A stretch of DNA of 64,000 nucleotides from Candidatus Limnocylindria bacterium (GTDB lineage: Bacteria; Chloroflexota; Limnocylindria; QHBO01): positions 1,985 through 65,984 of the forward strand of contig DASVDT010000011.1 in assembly GCA_036380955.1 (NCBI GenBank). The letters run 5' to 3'. The position numbers were made by a program, and so were the translations under genes. This document shows positions 1 through 12,524 of the stretch, in pieces. Below the pieces are notes generated by a model. It ran no database searches. It saw only the letters and a program-made list of their open reading frames with translations, and was not told the DNA's origin. Positions within the stretch are counted from its first letter, which is position 1, and the number at the start of each line of letters is the position of its first letter.

Positions 1-1587
1 GAGACCCGCAATGCCGTCCGCGACCTCGTCACGACCGACCTCGTGGACCCGGAGCGGGAGCTCGCCGGCGACCTCGCCGCGGCGCTGGTGACGGCCACCG
101 AGGAGATCGACGACGAGCTGACGGCGCAGGCGAAGGAGCAGGCACGTGCCGAGGTGCCGCCCTACGAGGTCACGCTCCAGGCGGGTCAGCGCATCGTCAA
201 CGAAGGCGACCCGATCACCGTCGAGCAGTTCGAGATGCTCGACGCCCTGGGCCTGACACGCCCACGCGTCGAGCTCGGCACGGTGGTCGGGAACGCGCTC
301 GTGGCGCTCATCATCGCGGCGCTGCTGGTCGGCTACCTGTGGCGCTTCGAGCCGGCCATCTGGTACCGCAACCGGTCGCTCCTCCTCTTCGTGCTCGCCC
401 TGGTGGTGAGCGCCGTCGCGCTGCGCATCGCGGCTGACCGAACGCTGCTGGCGTTCGTGGTGCCGACCTCGGCGACCGTGCTGCTCATCGGCATCCTCCT
501 GCAGGGCGCCTCGGGCGCGGTGATGGCCGGCACATTGGCCGTCCTGGCCGGGATCATGAACCGCGATGCGCTCGAGCTGACGGTCTACGTCCTCGCCGGT
601 GGCCTTGCGGGGCTGCTCACCATCACGCGCGCCGAGCGGCTGAACGCCTTCGTGCGGGTGGCGGTGGCCATGGCCACCGCCAACGTCGCCGTTGTCGTCG
701 CCTTCAGCCTGCTCGACCAGCCCGAGCTCGTCGCCATCCTCCAGCTGAGCGGCGTGGCGCTGGTCAACACGCTGCTGTCGGTCGCCCTGGCGGCCGGCAG
801 CTTCGCGCTCCTCGGCAACGTGTTCGGGATCATGACGATCTTCCAGCTGCTCGAGCTGGCCAACCCGTCGAACCGGCTGCTGCGCCGGTTGTTGCTCGAG
901 ACGCCCGGGACGTATCACCACAGCGTCATGGTCGGCAACCTCGCCGAACGTGCGGCGGAGACGATCGGCGCCGATCCGCTCCTCGCCCGTGTCGCGGCCT
1001 ACTACCACGACATCGGCAAGATGAAGAATCCGCTGGCCTTCATCGAGAACCAGGCCGGCGTCCACAACATCCACGACGACCTCTCGGCCGAGACCAGCGC
1101 CCGCATCATCTCGGGGCACATCCGCGACGGTATCGATCTCGGCTACGAGCACGGCCTGCCGGTCCAGATCATCGGCTTCATCCCGCAGCACCACGGGACG
1201 AGCGTGATGACCTACTTCCATGGCAAGGCGCTGCGCGAGGCGGGCGGACGCCCGGACCTCGTCAACGAGCGGACCTACCGCTATCCGGGGCCGAAGCCGC
1301 AGAGCCGCGAGGCGGCGATCATCATGCTGGCCGACGGCGTCGAGGCCTCGGTGCGCTCGCTGGACGAGAAGGACGAGGAGAGCATCCGCGCCATGGTCGA
1401 CCGCATCGTGGACGGCCGGATGGAGGACGGACAGCTCGACGACGCGGAGTTGACGCTGAAGAACATCGCCCAGATCAAGGACGCTTTCGTCGGCCAGCTG
1501 CTGGGCATGTACCACTCGCGCATCAAGTATCCCGACAACGTCGTGTCGGTCGACGAGCACAGGAGCACGCCCGAGCTTCGCGCTTGA
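1..1587 (+). CDS. 7TM-HD membrane phosphohydrolase (PgpH/YqfF-like), 5' end cut by window edge
   Basis: Frame 1 is open from base 1. A run of hydrophobic helices is followed by HD-domain motifs (HHSVMVGNL, YYHDIGK, QHHG). It lies directly upstream of ybeY, as in the conserved phoH-pgpH-ybeY arrangement. Confidence 0.85.
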   Translation, partial: ETRNAVRDLVTTDLVDPERELAGDLAAALVTATEEIDDELTAQAKEQARAEVPPYEVTLQAGQRIVNEGDPITVEQFEMLDALGLTRPRVELGTVVGNALVALIIAALLVGYLWRFEPAIWYRNRSLLLFVLALVVSAVALRIAADRTLLAFVVPTSATVLLIGILLQGASGAVMAGTLAVLAGIMNRDALELTVYVLAGGLAGLLTITRAERLNAFVRVAVAMATANVAVVVAFSLLDQPELVAILQLSGVALVNTLLSVALAAGSFALLGNVFGIMTIFQLLELANPSNRLLRRLLLETPGTYHHSVMVGNLAERAAETIGADPLLARVAAYYHDIGKMKNPLAFIENQAGVHNIHDDLSAETSARIISGHIRDGIDLGYEHGLPVQIIGFIPQHHGTSVMTYFHGKALREAGGRPDLVNERTYRYPGPKPQSREAAIIMLADGVEASVRSLDEKDEESIRAMVDRIVDGRMEDGQLDDAELTLKNIAQIKDAFVGQLLGMYHSRIKYPDNVVSVDEHRSTPELRA

Positions 1588-1622
1588 GCCCGGGCAGCCT
1601 GCCCGACTACGATGGGCGCCTG

Positions 1623-2210
1623 ATGGGCTGCTCGGTCACCTTCCACGACCGGATCGGGCACGATCGCCTGGAGCAGGCGGTCGAGCCGCTCGACGCCGAC
1701 GTGGCCCTCCAGCTCCTCGAGTCCGCCGTGTGCGAGACGGTGCACACGGCATTCGGCAAGGGTGCCGCGGAGGTGGAGCTGACCCTCGCCGGCGACGCCG
1801 AGATGGAGCGCCTCAACTTCGACCACATGGGCGAACGTGGACCCACCGACGTCCTCTCCTTCCCGCTGCACGAGTGGTCGCTCGACGGGCGCCAGTCCTA
1901 CCTGTCCGATGACGACGGCGCCTCACCGCCGGGCGGCATCCTTCTCGGCGACGTGGTCATCGACCTCGACCAGGCGCTCCGCCAGGCGGCCGAGGGCGAC
2001 TGGGGCGTGACCGAGGAGCTCGTCCTGCTCGCGATCCACGGCACGCTCCACCTCCTCGGCCACGACCACGCCGAGATGGACGAGGAGGAGCGGATGCGCG
2101 CGCTCGAGCACCAGGTGCTGGGCGTGCTGCATCGGCGGCATCACGAGATCGCGTGGCAGCCCGGGTCGCTGTTCGACCGCGCCGGCCACGCGGTGACGAC
2201 GGGGAGCTGA
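1623..2210 (+). CDS. ybeY: rRNA maturation endoribonuclease YbeY
   Basis: Zinc-binding motif HGTLHLLGHDH near the C-terminus, and SFPL motif. The start is uncertain: ATG 1623 was chosen, while the track ORF begins at 1584. Confidence 0.85.
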   Translation: MGCSVTFHDRIGHDRLEQAVEPLDADVALQLLESAVCETVHTAFGKGAAEVELTLAGDAEMERLNFDHMGERGPTDVLSFPLHEWSLDGRQSYLSDDDGASPPGGILLGDVVIDLDQALRQAAEGDWGVTEELVLLAIHGTLHLLGHDHAEMDEEERMRALEHQVLGVLHRRHHEIAWQPGSLFDRAGHAVTTGS

Positions 2211-2286
2211 CCTCGGCATCGTGGCTGACACGCGATGTGAAGATCCGCCACATGGCGCGCAGGTTTCCAGTCAACGACACCCGATT

Positions 2287-2430
2287 TGAAATTTGATCGC
2301 TGCGGAGATCATTAGCCGGCCGATGCGCCGGAATTGGCTCGATCTGAGCGTGAATGACGCCCGAAACCGGCCAATTCTCCGGCTAATGTGCGCCGACTGG
2401 TCAGTTGTTCCAGTCGCGGCGCAGCGACGG
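2287..2430 (+). repeat. Intergenic ~145-nt element, copy A (hairpin 2310-2388 closed by CATTAGCCGG / CCGGCTAATG)
   Basis: Aligns by eye with 12238-12382 in the same orientation. Shared blocks are TGAAAyTTG, CATTAGCCGG, CGATG.CGCCGGAATTGGC, CCGGnTAATGTGCGCC and TGTTCCAnTCGCG. Confidence 0.7.
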
Positions 2431-2436
2431 GTGACT

Positions 2437-2514
2437 TCAGGTCGCGGCCTGCTCGGGCGCGACGAGCCACGCGACGAGCAACGCAGCGAAGCAGATGAGC
2501 GCGGCGACGACCAT
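2437..2514 (-). CDS. Candidate 25-aa hydrophobic micro-protein (MVVAALICFAALLVAWLVAPEQAAT)
   Basis: ATG at 2514 is preceded by AGGAGGA with about 5 nt spacing, 15 nt after the amt stop codon. One predicted TM helix. Below the ORF-track length cutoff. Confidence 0.35.
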   Translation of the reverse strand: MVVAALICFAALLVAWLVAPEQAAT

Positions 2515-2529
2515 GGGGTTCCTCCTGAC

Positions 2530-3777
2530 CTAGGGTTGGTACGCGATCTCGCCGTGCTGGGCGAGGTCAAGGCCGGCCTCCTCGGCCGTGCCGGGGACGC
2601 GGATCGGGACGATGAGGTTGACCGCGAACAGGATCACCGCCGTCGCGGCAGCGGAGTAGATGCCGACGACCGCGACGCCCACGACCTGTGCGGCGAGCTG
2701 TCCAGCGTGTCCCGCGAGCAGGCCGTCCGCCCCGGCCGGGTTGACGGCCAGGGTCGCGAAGACCCCGGTCGCGAGCGCGCCGAACGCCCCGCCGACACCG
2801 TGGACGCTGAACACGTCGAGGGCGTCATCCACCCGCGAGCGGAGGCGCAGCTGGCTGGCGGCATAACACACCACGCCGACGCCCAGGCCCATCAGGATGG
2901 CGGCAGCAGGCGTCACGTAGCCGGCCGCCGGTGTGATCGCCACGAGCCCGGCGACGGCCCCGATCGCCGCGCCGAGCACCGACGGTGACCCCCGATGCAT
3001 CCACGAGATGGTGACCCACGTGATCGCGGCCATCGCCGCCGCGGTGTTGGTCGTGACGAAGGCGGTGGCGGCGAGCCCGTTCGCCCCGAGCGCCGATCCG
3101 GCGTTGAAGCCGAACCAGCCGAACCACAGGAGCCCGGCGCCGAGGACCGTCATCGGCACGTCGTGCGGCTCGGTCGCCGCCTCGACCAGGCCGGTTCGAC
3201 GGCCGATGAACAGCGCCGCGACCAGCGCCGCGACGCCGCTGCTGAGGTGCACGACGGTGCCGCCCGCGAAGTCGAGCACGCCGAGCCCGAAGAGCCAGCC
3301 GTCCGGCGACCAGACCCAGTGGGCGATCGGCGCGTAGACGAGCGTCGACCAGGCGACGGCGAAGAGGACGAAGGCCTTGAACCGCTTGCGCTCGGCAAAG
3401 GCGCCGGTGATCAGCGCCGGCGTGATGATGGCGAACATCATCTGGAAGGCGACGAAGGCGAGGTGGGGGACGCTGGTCGCATAGACCGATGACGGCTGGC
3501 CGGTGACGCCCTCCAGCGCCAGCCAGTCGAGCCCGCCGATGAGCCCCAGCCCGGTGTCCGGGCCGAACGCCAGGGTGTATCCCCACAGCACCCAGGTGAC
3601 GCTCACGAGGCCGAGGATGAAGAAGCTGTGCATGATCGTGGAGAGCACGTTCTTGCGTCGCACGAGCCCGCCGTAGAACAGCGCCAGCCCCGGCGTCATG
3701 AGCATCACCAGCGCGGCGCTCATGAGGACCCAGGCGGTGTCTCCGGCGTTGATCTCAGGCATCGGCGGCCCCTGCAC
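2530..3777 (-). CDS. amt: Ammonium transporter (Amt/MEP family)
   Basis: N-terminus INAGDTAWVLMSAALVMLMTPGLALFYGG and multi-TM layout are typical of AmtB. A second in-frame Met 5 codons downstream is possible. Confidence 0.95.
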   Translation of the reverse strand: MQGPPMPEINAGDTAWVLMSAALVMLMTPGLALFYGGLVRRKNVLSTIMHSFFILGLVSVTWVLWGYTLAFGPDTGLGLIGGLDWLALEGVTGQPSSVYATSVPHLAFVAFQMMFAIITPALITGAFAERKRFKAFVLFAVAWSTLVYAPIAHWVWSPDGWLFGLGVLDFAGGTVVHLSSGVAALVAALFIGRRTGLVEAATEPHDVPMTVLGAGLLWFGWFGFNAGSALGANGLAATAFVTTNTAAAMAAITWVTISWMHRGSPSVLGAAIGAVAGLVAITPAAGYVTPAAAILMGLGVGVVCYAASQLRLRSRVDDALDVFSVHGVGGAFGALATGVFATLAVNPAGADGLLAGHAGQLAAQVVGVAVVGIYSAAATAVILFAVNLIVPIRVPGTAEEAGLDLAQHGEIAYQP

Positions 3778-3885
3778 GAGCGGATCGGTTGTGCAGGAAG
3801 CCTATGGACCGATGCCGGCGCGCGCCACGGCGCGGCCGGGTGTTGATGGCTGCTCCCGCTGTGCACTTCGCACAAGCGGGCTCGG

Positions 3886-5091
3886 TCAGACGGCGCGCGC
3901 CGCGTCGAGCTCAGGGCGTGGCCGCGTACCGTCGAGGATGGCGCGCGCGGCGATCGCAGCGGACGCCGGGCCGGTGCTGATGCCCCATGGTCCGTGCCCC
4001 GCGCACACGAACAGGCCGTCGACGCCGGCGACCGGGCCGATGAAGGGGCGCCCGTCCACCGACTGCGGCCGAGCGCACATGCGCCGCCCCACGATCTCGG
4101 CCTCGACCACCGCGGGCAGGAACTCGGCGGCGCGTCGCAGGAGGAGCGCCTGGACGTGAACGGGGTCCGGCTCGTTGGCGAGGAAGGTCGAGCCCAGGGT
4201 GCTGATCCCGGCCGCACTGGCGATGCTGAACAGCGACGGCGGATCGGTGTCGTCGAGCGCATCGGCGGCTCGGGCAGTCGCCGCGGCCGCCCGGTTCAGG
4301 TCGTCGACCTCGTCCTCCTCGACGACGTGGCGTGGCCCGCCATCGCCCAGGCGCAGCTGGAGCGTCACGCCGTAGGTCGGGTGGATCCGCCGCCAGGCGC
4401 CGCCTGGATCGATGAGCGCCGGCGACCACGGTCCGGCCGCCACCAGGACCGCACCCGCGGCGATCGAGCCACCATGCTCGAGCGCCACGCCCGTCGTCCG
4501 TCCGGCCTCAGTCGTGACCGTGGCGCGCGAGCCGATGACGAGTCGCGCTCCTCGCTCCTCGGCGACCGATGCCCACGCGGCCGTCGCCGACGCCGGCGGG
4601 ATGGGGAAGCCGGTCGCCAGGCGCACCGCCGACGGCCCCGGCGCCAGGCCAGGCTCCAGCTGCGGGAGCTCCTCCGCCTCCACCAGCTCCGGCGCCAGCT
4701 CGGGGAAGGCCGCCGCCATGCGCCGAGCCTGTGCGGCGGCCGCATCGGCATCCCTGTTCAGCAGGAGCAGGCCGGCCGGGCGGGCGGACACCGCGAAGTC
4801 GGTATCGGTGGCGTCCGCCAGGGCGCGATAGCGCGACAGGCTCTCCCGATAGAGGTCCGCGAGGACCGGATCGAACGGATGCTGGATGGCGCCGAGGTTG
4901 CGACCCGAGGCTCCGGCGCCGATGGCGGTCGCCTCGACGACGACGACACGGGCGCCGCGGTCGGCCATGATCGCGGCGGCCGCACAGCCGATGATCCCGC
5001 CACCGATGATGACGACGTCGGCGCTGCGCGGCGCGTCCAGGGCTCCGCTCGGCGCTCGTTCCACGGATCGAGCATACCGGGGCGCTAGCAT
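3886..5091 (-). CDS. FAD-dependent oxidoreductase (DAO / glycine-oxidase-like family)
   Basis: N-terminal Rossmann motif DVVIIGGGIIGCAAA and C-terminal CAGHGPWGIS. The 750-aa track ORF is an upstream read-through; ATG at 5091 gives 401 aa. Confidence 0.8.
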   Translation of the reverse strand: MLAPRYARSVERAPSGALDAPRSADVVIIGGGIIGCAAAAIMADRGARVVVVEATAIGAGASGRNLGAIQHPFDPVLADLYRESLSRYRALADATDTDFAVSARPAGLLLLNRDADAAAAQARRMAAAFPELAPELVEAEELPQLEPGLAPGPSAVRLATGFPIPPASATAAWASVAEERGARLVIGSRATVTTEAGRTTGVALEHGGSIAAGAVLVAAGPWSPALIDPGGAWRRIHPTYGVTLQLRLGDGGPRHVVEEDEVDDLNRAAAATARAADALDDTDPPSLFSIASAAGISTLGSTFLANEPDPVHVQALLLRRAAEFLPAVVEAEIVGRRMCARPQSVDGRPFIGPVAGVDGLFVCAGHGPWGISTGPASAAIAARAILDGTRPRPELDAARAV

Positions 5092-5100
5092 CGGCGGCGC

Positions 5101-5676
5101 ATGAAGGTCATCTGCGGGCTCGGCAACCCGGGCGAGCGCTATCGGCTCACGCGCCACAACGTCGGCTTCCGAGTGGTCGACCTGCTCGCCGATCGCTGGG
5201 GGCTCACCGGCGAGGGTCGCCTGCGGGACGGGGCCGCGGTGCTCGAGGTGCGGCATGCCGAGCACGGTCGCGTCATGCTCGTGAAGCCGATGCGCTACAT
5301 GAACCGCTCCGGCGGCCCGCTGCGCTCGGCGCTGCGCCACACCGACGTCGACATCACCAGCGACGTGCTGCTCGTGACCGATGACATCGACCTCCCGCTG
5401 GGGCGGGTCCGGTTGCGCCGCTCCGGCTCCGCCGGGGGGCACAACGGGCTGCGCGACGTCATCGCGTCGTTCGGGACCGACGAGTTCAGCCGGCTGCGCA
5501 TCGGTGTCGGCCGCACCGGCGAGGCGGCGAGCCATGTGCTGGCCACGTTCCGGCCCGACGAGCGCGACCTCGCCACCGAGATGGTCGCCGTCGGGGGCGA
5601 TGCCGCCGAGCGATGGTTGCGAAGCGGCATCGAGGAAGCGATGAACGCCTTCAACGGCATCGACCTCGGCCGATGA
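5101..5676 (+). CDS. pth: Peptidyl-tRNA hydrolase
   Basis: MKVICGLGNPGERYRLTRHNVGF and GGHNGLRD motifs. Confidence 0.95.
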   Translation: MKVICGLGNPGERYRLTRHNVGFRVVDLLADRWGLTGEGRLRDGAAVLEVRHAEHGRVMLVKPMRYMNRSGGPLRSALRHTDVDITSDVLLVTDDIDLPLGRVRLRRSGSAGGHNGLRDVIASFGTDEFSRLRIGVGRTGEAASHVLATFRPDERDLATEMVAVGGDAAERWLRSGIEEAMNAFNGIDLGR

Positions 5677-5764
5677 GGGACGTTCCCGAGCAGACCACGG
5701 TCGCGCCGGGGACAAGATCCGCGAGCTGATCGAACGCAACCCGGACCGGTACCATTGCGGGTCC

Positions 5765-8700
5765 ATGCCCCCGTCGCGCGGCGGTGATCGCCGCGTCGCA
5801 GCGCTTGTCGACGCCCTCCGGCCACATCTCCCGGAATCGGGCGTCCTTCGTGTGCCCGCGGCCGCTCGAGCGGCGCACCTCGCCGCCCGCCGTGCGTCGC
5901 TCCCGGCCGCCACCCCGCTGGTCGTCGTCGCGCGCACCGACGAGGAGACCCACCGCCTGGCCGACGACCTCGCCGCGTGGATCGGCAGCGGGCGCCTCCG
6001 CATCCTCCCCGAACGCGCGGCGCTGCCGCTCGAGCGCGCGCACGCCGAGCACGACGAGTCGGCCGAGCGTCTGTCGGTCCTGGCCGAGCTCGGCGCGCGT
6101 ACCGGCGGCCTCGTCGTCATCGGCTCGGTGCTGGCCATGGTTCAGCGGACCCTCTCCCCGGAGCAGCTGCGGGCCGCACGTACCAGCGTCCGGGTCGGTG
6201 AGCGGATCGAGCAGCGCGTTCTCCTCGAGCGGCTCGTCGCGGGTGGCTATGACCCAAGCGTCGAGGTGACGGGCGTCGGCGAGTTCGCACATCGAGGTGG
6301 CCTCATCGACGCGTGGCCGCCCGGTGCCGCCGAACCGGTGAGGGTCGAGCTGTTCGGGGACGAGGTCGAGTCGATCAGAGCCTTCGACCCGATGACCCAG
6401 GGCTCGCGCCGGCGGCTGACGGAGGTCGAGCTGGTCCCCGCCTCCGAGTTCATCCCCGCCGACGGCTGGGCTGCGGCGGTCGCCGCGGCGGGTGAGCCGG
6501 CATCGGACCAGCTGGCGGAGGATGCGGCGCGGCTGGCGCAGGGCGAGCTCGGCGAGGCCGCCGAGACGTGGGCCGCCTGGCTGACGGCTGGCCCGGCAAT
6601 CGCCCACGTCCCGGCCGACGCGCACCTCGTCCTGACGGACCTCGACGAGCTGCACGCGCTCGCCCTCCAGCTTGATCAGCAGGCGATCGACCGTCGCGAG
6701 GGCCTCGCGCGAGCTGGCGAGCTCCCAGCGACCTGGGCCCTGCCGTACGACGCGGCCGCCGCGCTCGACGAGCTGGTCGCACGCGCCCCCGAACGGCTCG
6801 AGGAGCAGGCCGACCGCGACGCCGGCTACACCGTGGCGCCGCCGCTGGCCGGCAGGGCCGACCGGGCCGGCGAGTGGCTGATCGACCGCGCCGACGGCGG
6901 GCGCGGCGTCGTGGTCACGACCGACCAGGCCAGCCGCGTCAGCGAGCTGCTCGACGAGGCGGGCCGCCCGACGGCGGCACTCGCCGAGCTGCGGACGACG
7001 CCGAGACCGGGTGAGATCGGCCTGGTGCACGGCTCGCTCTCGGCGGGCTTCGCACATGCGCCGAGCGACCTGGTGGTCCTGACCGACCGGGAGCTCTTCG
7101 GCGCGACGCGCGTTCGGCGGCTGACCGGTGCCAAGCGCGTCGTGACGCGCGACCTCATCGGCAAGTTGCAGCCCGGCGACCACGTCGTGCACGTCGATCA
7201 CGGCATCGCACGGTATGCGGGCATGACGCAGCGGACCTTTGGAGACGACGTCAAGGAGTACCTGCAGCTCGACTTCGCCGGCACCGACAAGATCTTTCTG
7301 CCCGCCGATCAGATCGGCCGCATCACACGGTATTCGGGCGGTCCCCCGCCGGCGCTGAGCAAGCTCGGCGGCACCGAGTGGGAGCGCACCAAGCGGCGGG
7401 TCCGGCGCGCCGTCGGCGATCTGGCGCGTGAGCTGATCGAGATCTACGCCGCGCGGGAATCGGCGCCCGGCTTCGCGTTCTCGGCCGACACGACGTGGCA
7501 GCGCGAGCTCGACGAGAGCTTCCCGTACACGGAGACGCCCGACCAGGCGCGCAGCATCGAGGAGGTCAAGGCCGACATGCTGCGCCAGCGCCCGATGGAC
7601 CGGCTGGTGGTCGGCGACGTGGGGTACGGCAAGACCGAGGTCGCGTTGCGTGCCGCCTTCAAGGCCGTCCAGGACGGGAAGCAGGTCGCGGTCCTGGTGC
7701 CCACCACCGTGCTTGCCCAGCAGCACCTCCTCACCTTCCAGCGCCGCCTCGCCGCCTTCCCGGTCGAGGTCGCCATGCTGAGCCGCTTCGTCGGAAAGAA
7801 GGAGCAGGAGCGGATCGTCGAGGCCGTCGCCGATGGCAGCGTCGACATCCTGATCGGCACCCATCGGATCCTCTCGAAGGACATCGCCTTCGCCGACCTG
7901 GGGCTGCTGATCGTGGACGAGGAGCAGCGCTTCGGCGTGTCGCACAAGGAGCGCATCAAGGCCATGCGTCGCGAGGTCGACGTGCTGACCCTGTCGGCGA
8001 CGCCGATCCCCCGCACGCTGCACCTCTCCCTGGTCGGCATCCGCGACCTGTCCGTCATCGAGACGCCGCCCGAGGCACGGCTGCCGATCCAGACGCGCAT
8101 CGCGGAGGACGATGACGGCCTCGTCCGCGACGCCATCTCGCGCGAGCTCGATCGGGGCGGCCAGGTCTTCTACGTGCACAACCGGGTGGAGACGATCGAG
8201 GCGGCCGCCGAGCGCGTTCGCCGCCTGGTGCCCGGGGCGCGCGTCGCCATCGGTCATGGGCAGATGTCGGAGGGGATGCTGGAGCGGGTCATGCTCGACT
8301 TCAGCGAGGGCCGCTTCGACGTGCTGGTCTGCACGACGATCATCGAGTCCGGCCTCGACATCCCGAACGCCAACACCATCGTCATCGTGCGCGCCGACAC
8401 CTTCGGCCTCGCCCAGCTCTACCAGCTGCGCGGACGCGTCGGGCGCAGCGATCGCCGGGCGCACGCCTACCTGCTGCATCGGCGCGGCATGCCGCTGTCG
8501 CCGATCGCGCGCAAGCGGCTGCACGCCATCTTCAGCGCGTCGGACCTTGGCGCCGGGTATCAGATCGCCCTGTCGGACCTGGAGATCCGGGGCGCGGGCA
8601 ACATCCTCGGCGCGGAGCAGCACGGCTTCATGGCCGCCGTCGGGTTCGAGATGTACACCCGCCTGCTGGCCGAGGCCGTCGACACCCTGCGCGGCCGGCG

Positions 8701-9154
8701 CCCGGCACCGGAGGCGTCGCCGGTCCGCCTCGACCTGCCCGGCTCGGCGTACCTGCCGGACGACTACATCGAGGACTCGGGCGCAAAGCTCGAGGCGTAC
8801 CGGCGCTTCGCACAGGTTCGGTCTCCGGCCGATGCGGACAAGCTCCGCGAAGAGCTGCGCGACCGCTACGGGCCGGTCCCGCGGACCGTCGAGGGCCTCT
8901 TCACGGCGGTTCGCGTGCGCTTGGCTGCCGAGGCCGCCGGGGTGCCCGAGGTCCGCGCCGAGGACGGACAGGTGACGCTGAAGTGGACCGGCCGCATGCC
9001 CGACCGTCACGCGATGAGCGTCGCGCTCCAGGTCGCCGGGCTTCGGCCGGACACGGCGTCGAACCAGGTGCGCATCCCGGTCGGTGCCGGGCGCGATCCG
9101 ATCGAGGTCGCGATTCGCGCGCTCGAGACGCTCGAGGCCACCCGGGCGGCCTGA
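5765..9154 (+). CDS. mfd: Transcription-repair coupling factor
   Basis: 1129 aa. Helicase motifs [18 protein letters not shown] and SATPIPRT, a CarD-like segment ([14 protein letters not shown]) and a TRCF C-terminal domain. Confidence 0.95.
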   Translation: MPPSRGGDRRVAALVDALRPHLPESGVLRVPAAARAAHLAARRASLPAATPLVVVARTDEETHRLADDLAAWIGSGRLRILPERAALPLERAHAEHDESAERLSVLAELGARTGGLVVIGSVLAMVQRTLSPEQLRAARTSVRVGERIEQRVLLERLVAGGYDPSVEVTGVGEFAHRGGLIDAWPPGAAEPVRVELFGDEVESIRAFDPMTQGSRRRLTEVELVPASEFIPADGWAAAVAAAGEPASDQLAEDAARLAQGELGEAAETWAAWLTAGPAIAHVPADAHLVLTDLDELHALALQLDQQAIDRREGLARAGELPATWALPYDAAAALDELVARAPERLEEQADRDAGYTVAPPLAGRADRAGEWLIDRADGGRGVVVTTDQASRVSELLDEAGRPTAALAELRTTPRPGEIGLVHGSLSAGFAHAPSDLVVLTDRELFGATRVRRLTGAKRVVTRDLIGKLQPGDHVVHVDHGIARYAGMTQRTFGDDVKEYLQLDFAGTDKIFLPADQIGRITRYSGGPPPALSKLGGTEWERTKRRVRRAVGDLARELIEIYAARESAPGFAFSADTTWQRELDESFPYTETPDQARSIEEVKADMLRQRPMDRLVVGDVGYGKTEVALRAAFKAVQDGKQVAVLVPTTVLAQQHLLTFQRRLAAFPVEVAMLSRFVGKKEQERIVEAVADGSVDILIGTHRILSKDIAFADLGLLIVDEEQRFGVSHKERIKAMRREVDVLTLSATPIPRTLHLSLVGIRDLSVIETPPEARLPIQTRIAEDDDGLVRDAISRELDRGGQVFYVHNRVETIEAAAERVRRLVPGARVAIGHGQMSEGMLERVMLDFSEGRFDVLVCTTIIESGLDIPNANTIVIVRADTFGLAQLYQLRGRVGRSDRRAHAYLLHRRGMPLSPIARKRLHAIFSASDLGAGYQIALSDLEIRGAGNILGAEQHGFMAAVGFEMYTRLLAEAVDTLRGRRPAPEASPVRLDLPGSAYLPDDYIEDSGAKLEAYRRFAQVRSPADADKLREELRDRYGPVPRTVEGLFTAVRVRLAAEAAGVPEVRAEDGQVTLKWTGRMPDRHAMSVALQVAGLRPDTASNQVRIPVGAGRDPIEVAIRALETLEATRAA

Positions 9155-9269
9155 TCGCTATACTTGTGGTGTCCACTCGACCCGCGACGGGCGCACCCGT
9201 CCGGCGCCGATCTTCGACCGAAGCCGCCCGCGCCAGAGGGCGAGAGGCGGCCCACGAAAGGAGGCGACC

Positions 9270-12146
<2,877 letters not shown>

Positions 12147-12237
12147 GGCGTTCGGGGGTCCGGATGCATCGTGGCCAGTTCCGGAGCTTCCAACGGACTC
12201 CGTCTGGGACTTCGACGGCCTCACGTCACCCGCGACG

Positions 12238-12382
12238 TGAAACTTGCGCCACGGGCAGCGCATTAGCCGGTCGATGACGCCGGATTGGCACTCGTTCACG
12301 CTCGGGACACGGCCGAGCAGGCCGATGTGGCCGGATAATGTGCGCCACACGGAGCAATGTTCCACTCGCGAGCCGCGATCGG
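12238..12382 (+). repeat. Intergenic ~145-nt element, copy B (hairpin 12261-12340)
   Basis: Same block structure as 2287-2430. The closing stem CATTAGCCGG / CCGGATAATG has one mismatch. The central 12 nt is the reverse complement of copy A. Confidence 0.7.
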
Positions 12383-12524
12383 AAGGTTGCGCGGCAGGTG
12401 TGCAGCTTTCATGTCATCCGTTCCCAGCGGCACGTCCGGTCCGTTGCCGCGATCGAACCCATCGGTCTAGACTCACCGCGCGCCGTTCTGGCGCGAGTGA
12501 CTCATCGGGAGTGCCCCAACCATC

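Noticed and set aside
3886-6138. 750-aa ORF, 977-aa ORF (16788-19721), 1020-aa ORF (9084-12146), 791-aa ORF (33895-36270), 778-aa ORF (37361-39697) and 760-aa ORF (30837-33119), taken at face value.
   Set aside because: Only the downstream part of each matches a protein family (FAD oxidoreductase, MetK, aconitase, OppD, AI-2E transporter and family-5 SBP respectively). The upstream extensions run through neighbouring genes or leaders. Internal starts with RBS or start-stop overlaps were used instead.
5651-9010. 1119-aa ORF antisense to mfd. Similar very long antisense or shifted ORFs occur elsewhere: 9633-12365, 15241-18162, 33356-35206, 36141-37886, 41751-43646, 43045-44976, 56913-58727, 37220-38881 and 58154-59230.
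   Set aside because: Each overlaps a gene with unmistakable family motifs on the other strand or in another frame. Their translations are Arg/Gly/Ala/Pro/Asp-rich with no recognisable motifs. Long stop-free antisense frames are an expected by-product of extreme GC3 bias.
12452-12473. Similarity between the TCTAGAC-containing stretch upstream of apt (about 12440-12500) and the one upstream of corA (about 59205-59260).
   Set aside because: The match is driven by the palindromic TCTAGA plus GC-rich filler. In each case it is more simply read as a -10-like hexamer (TAGACT for apt, with TTGCCG 18 nt upstream; TAGAAT for corA on the other strand). It is too weak to call a repeat family.
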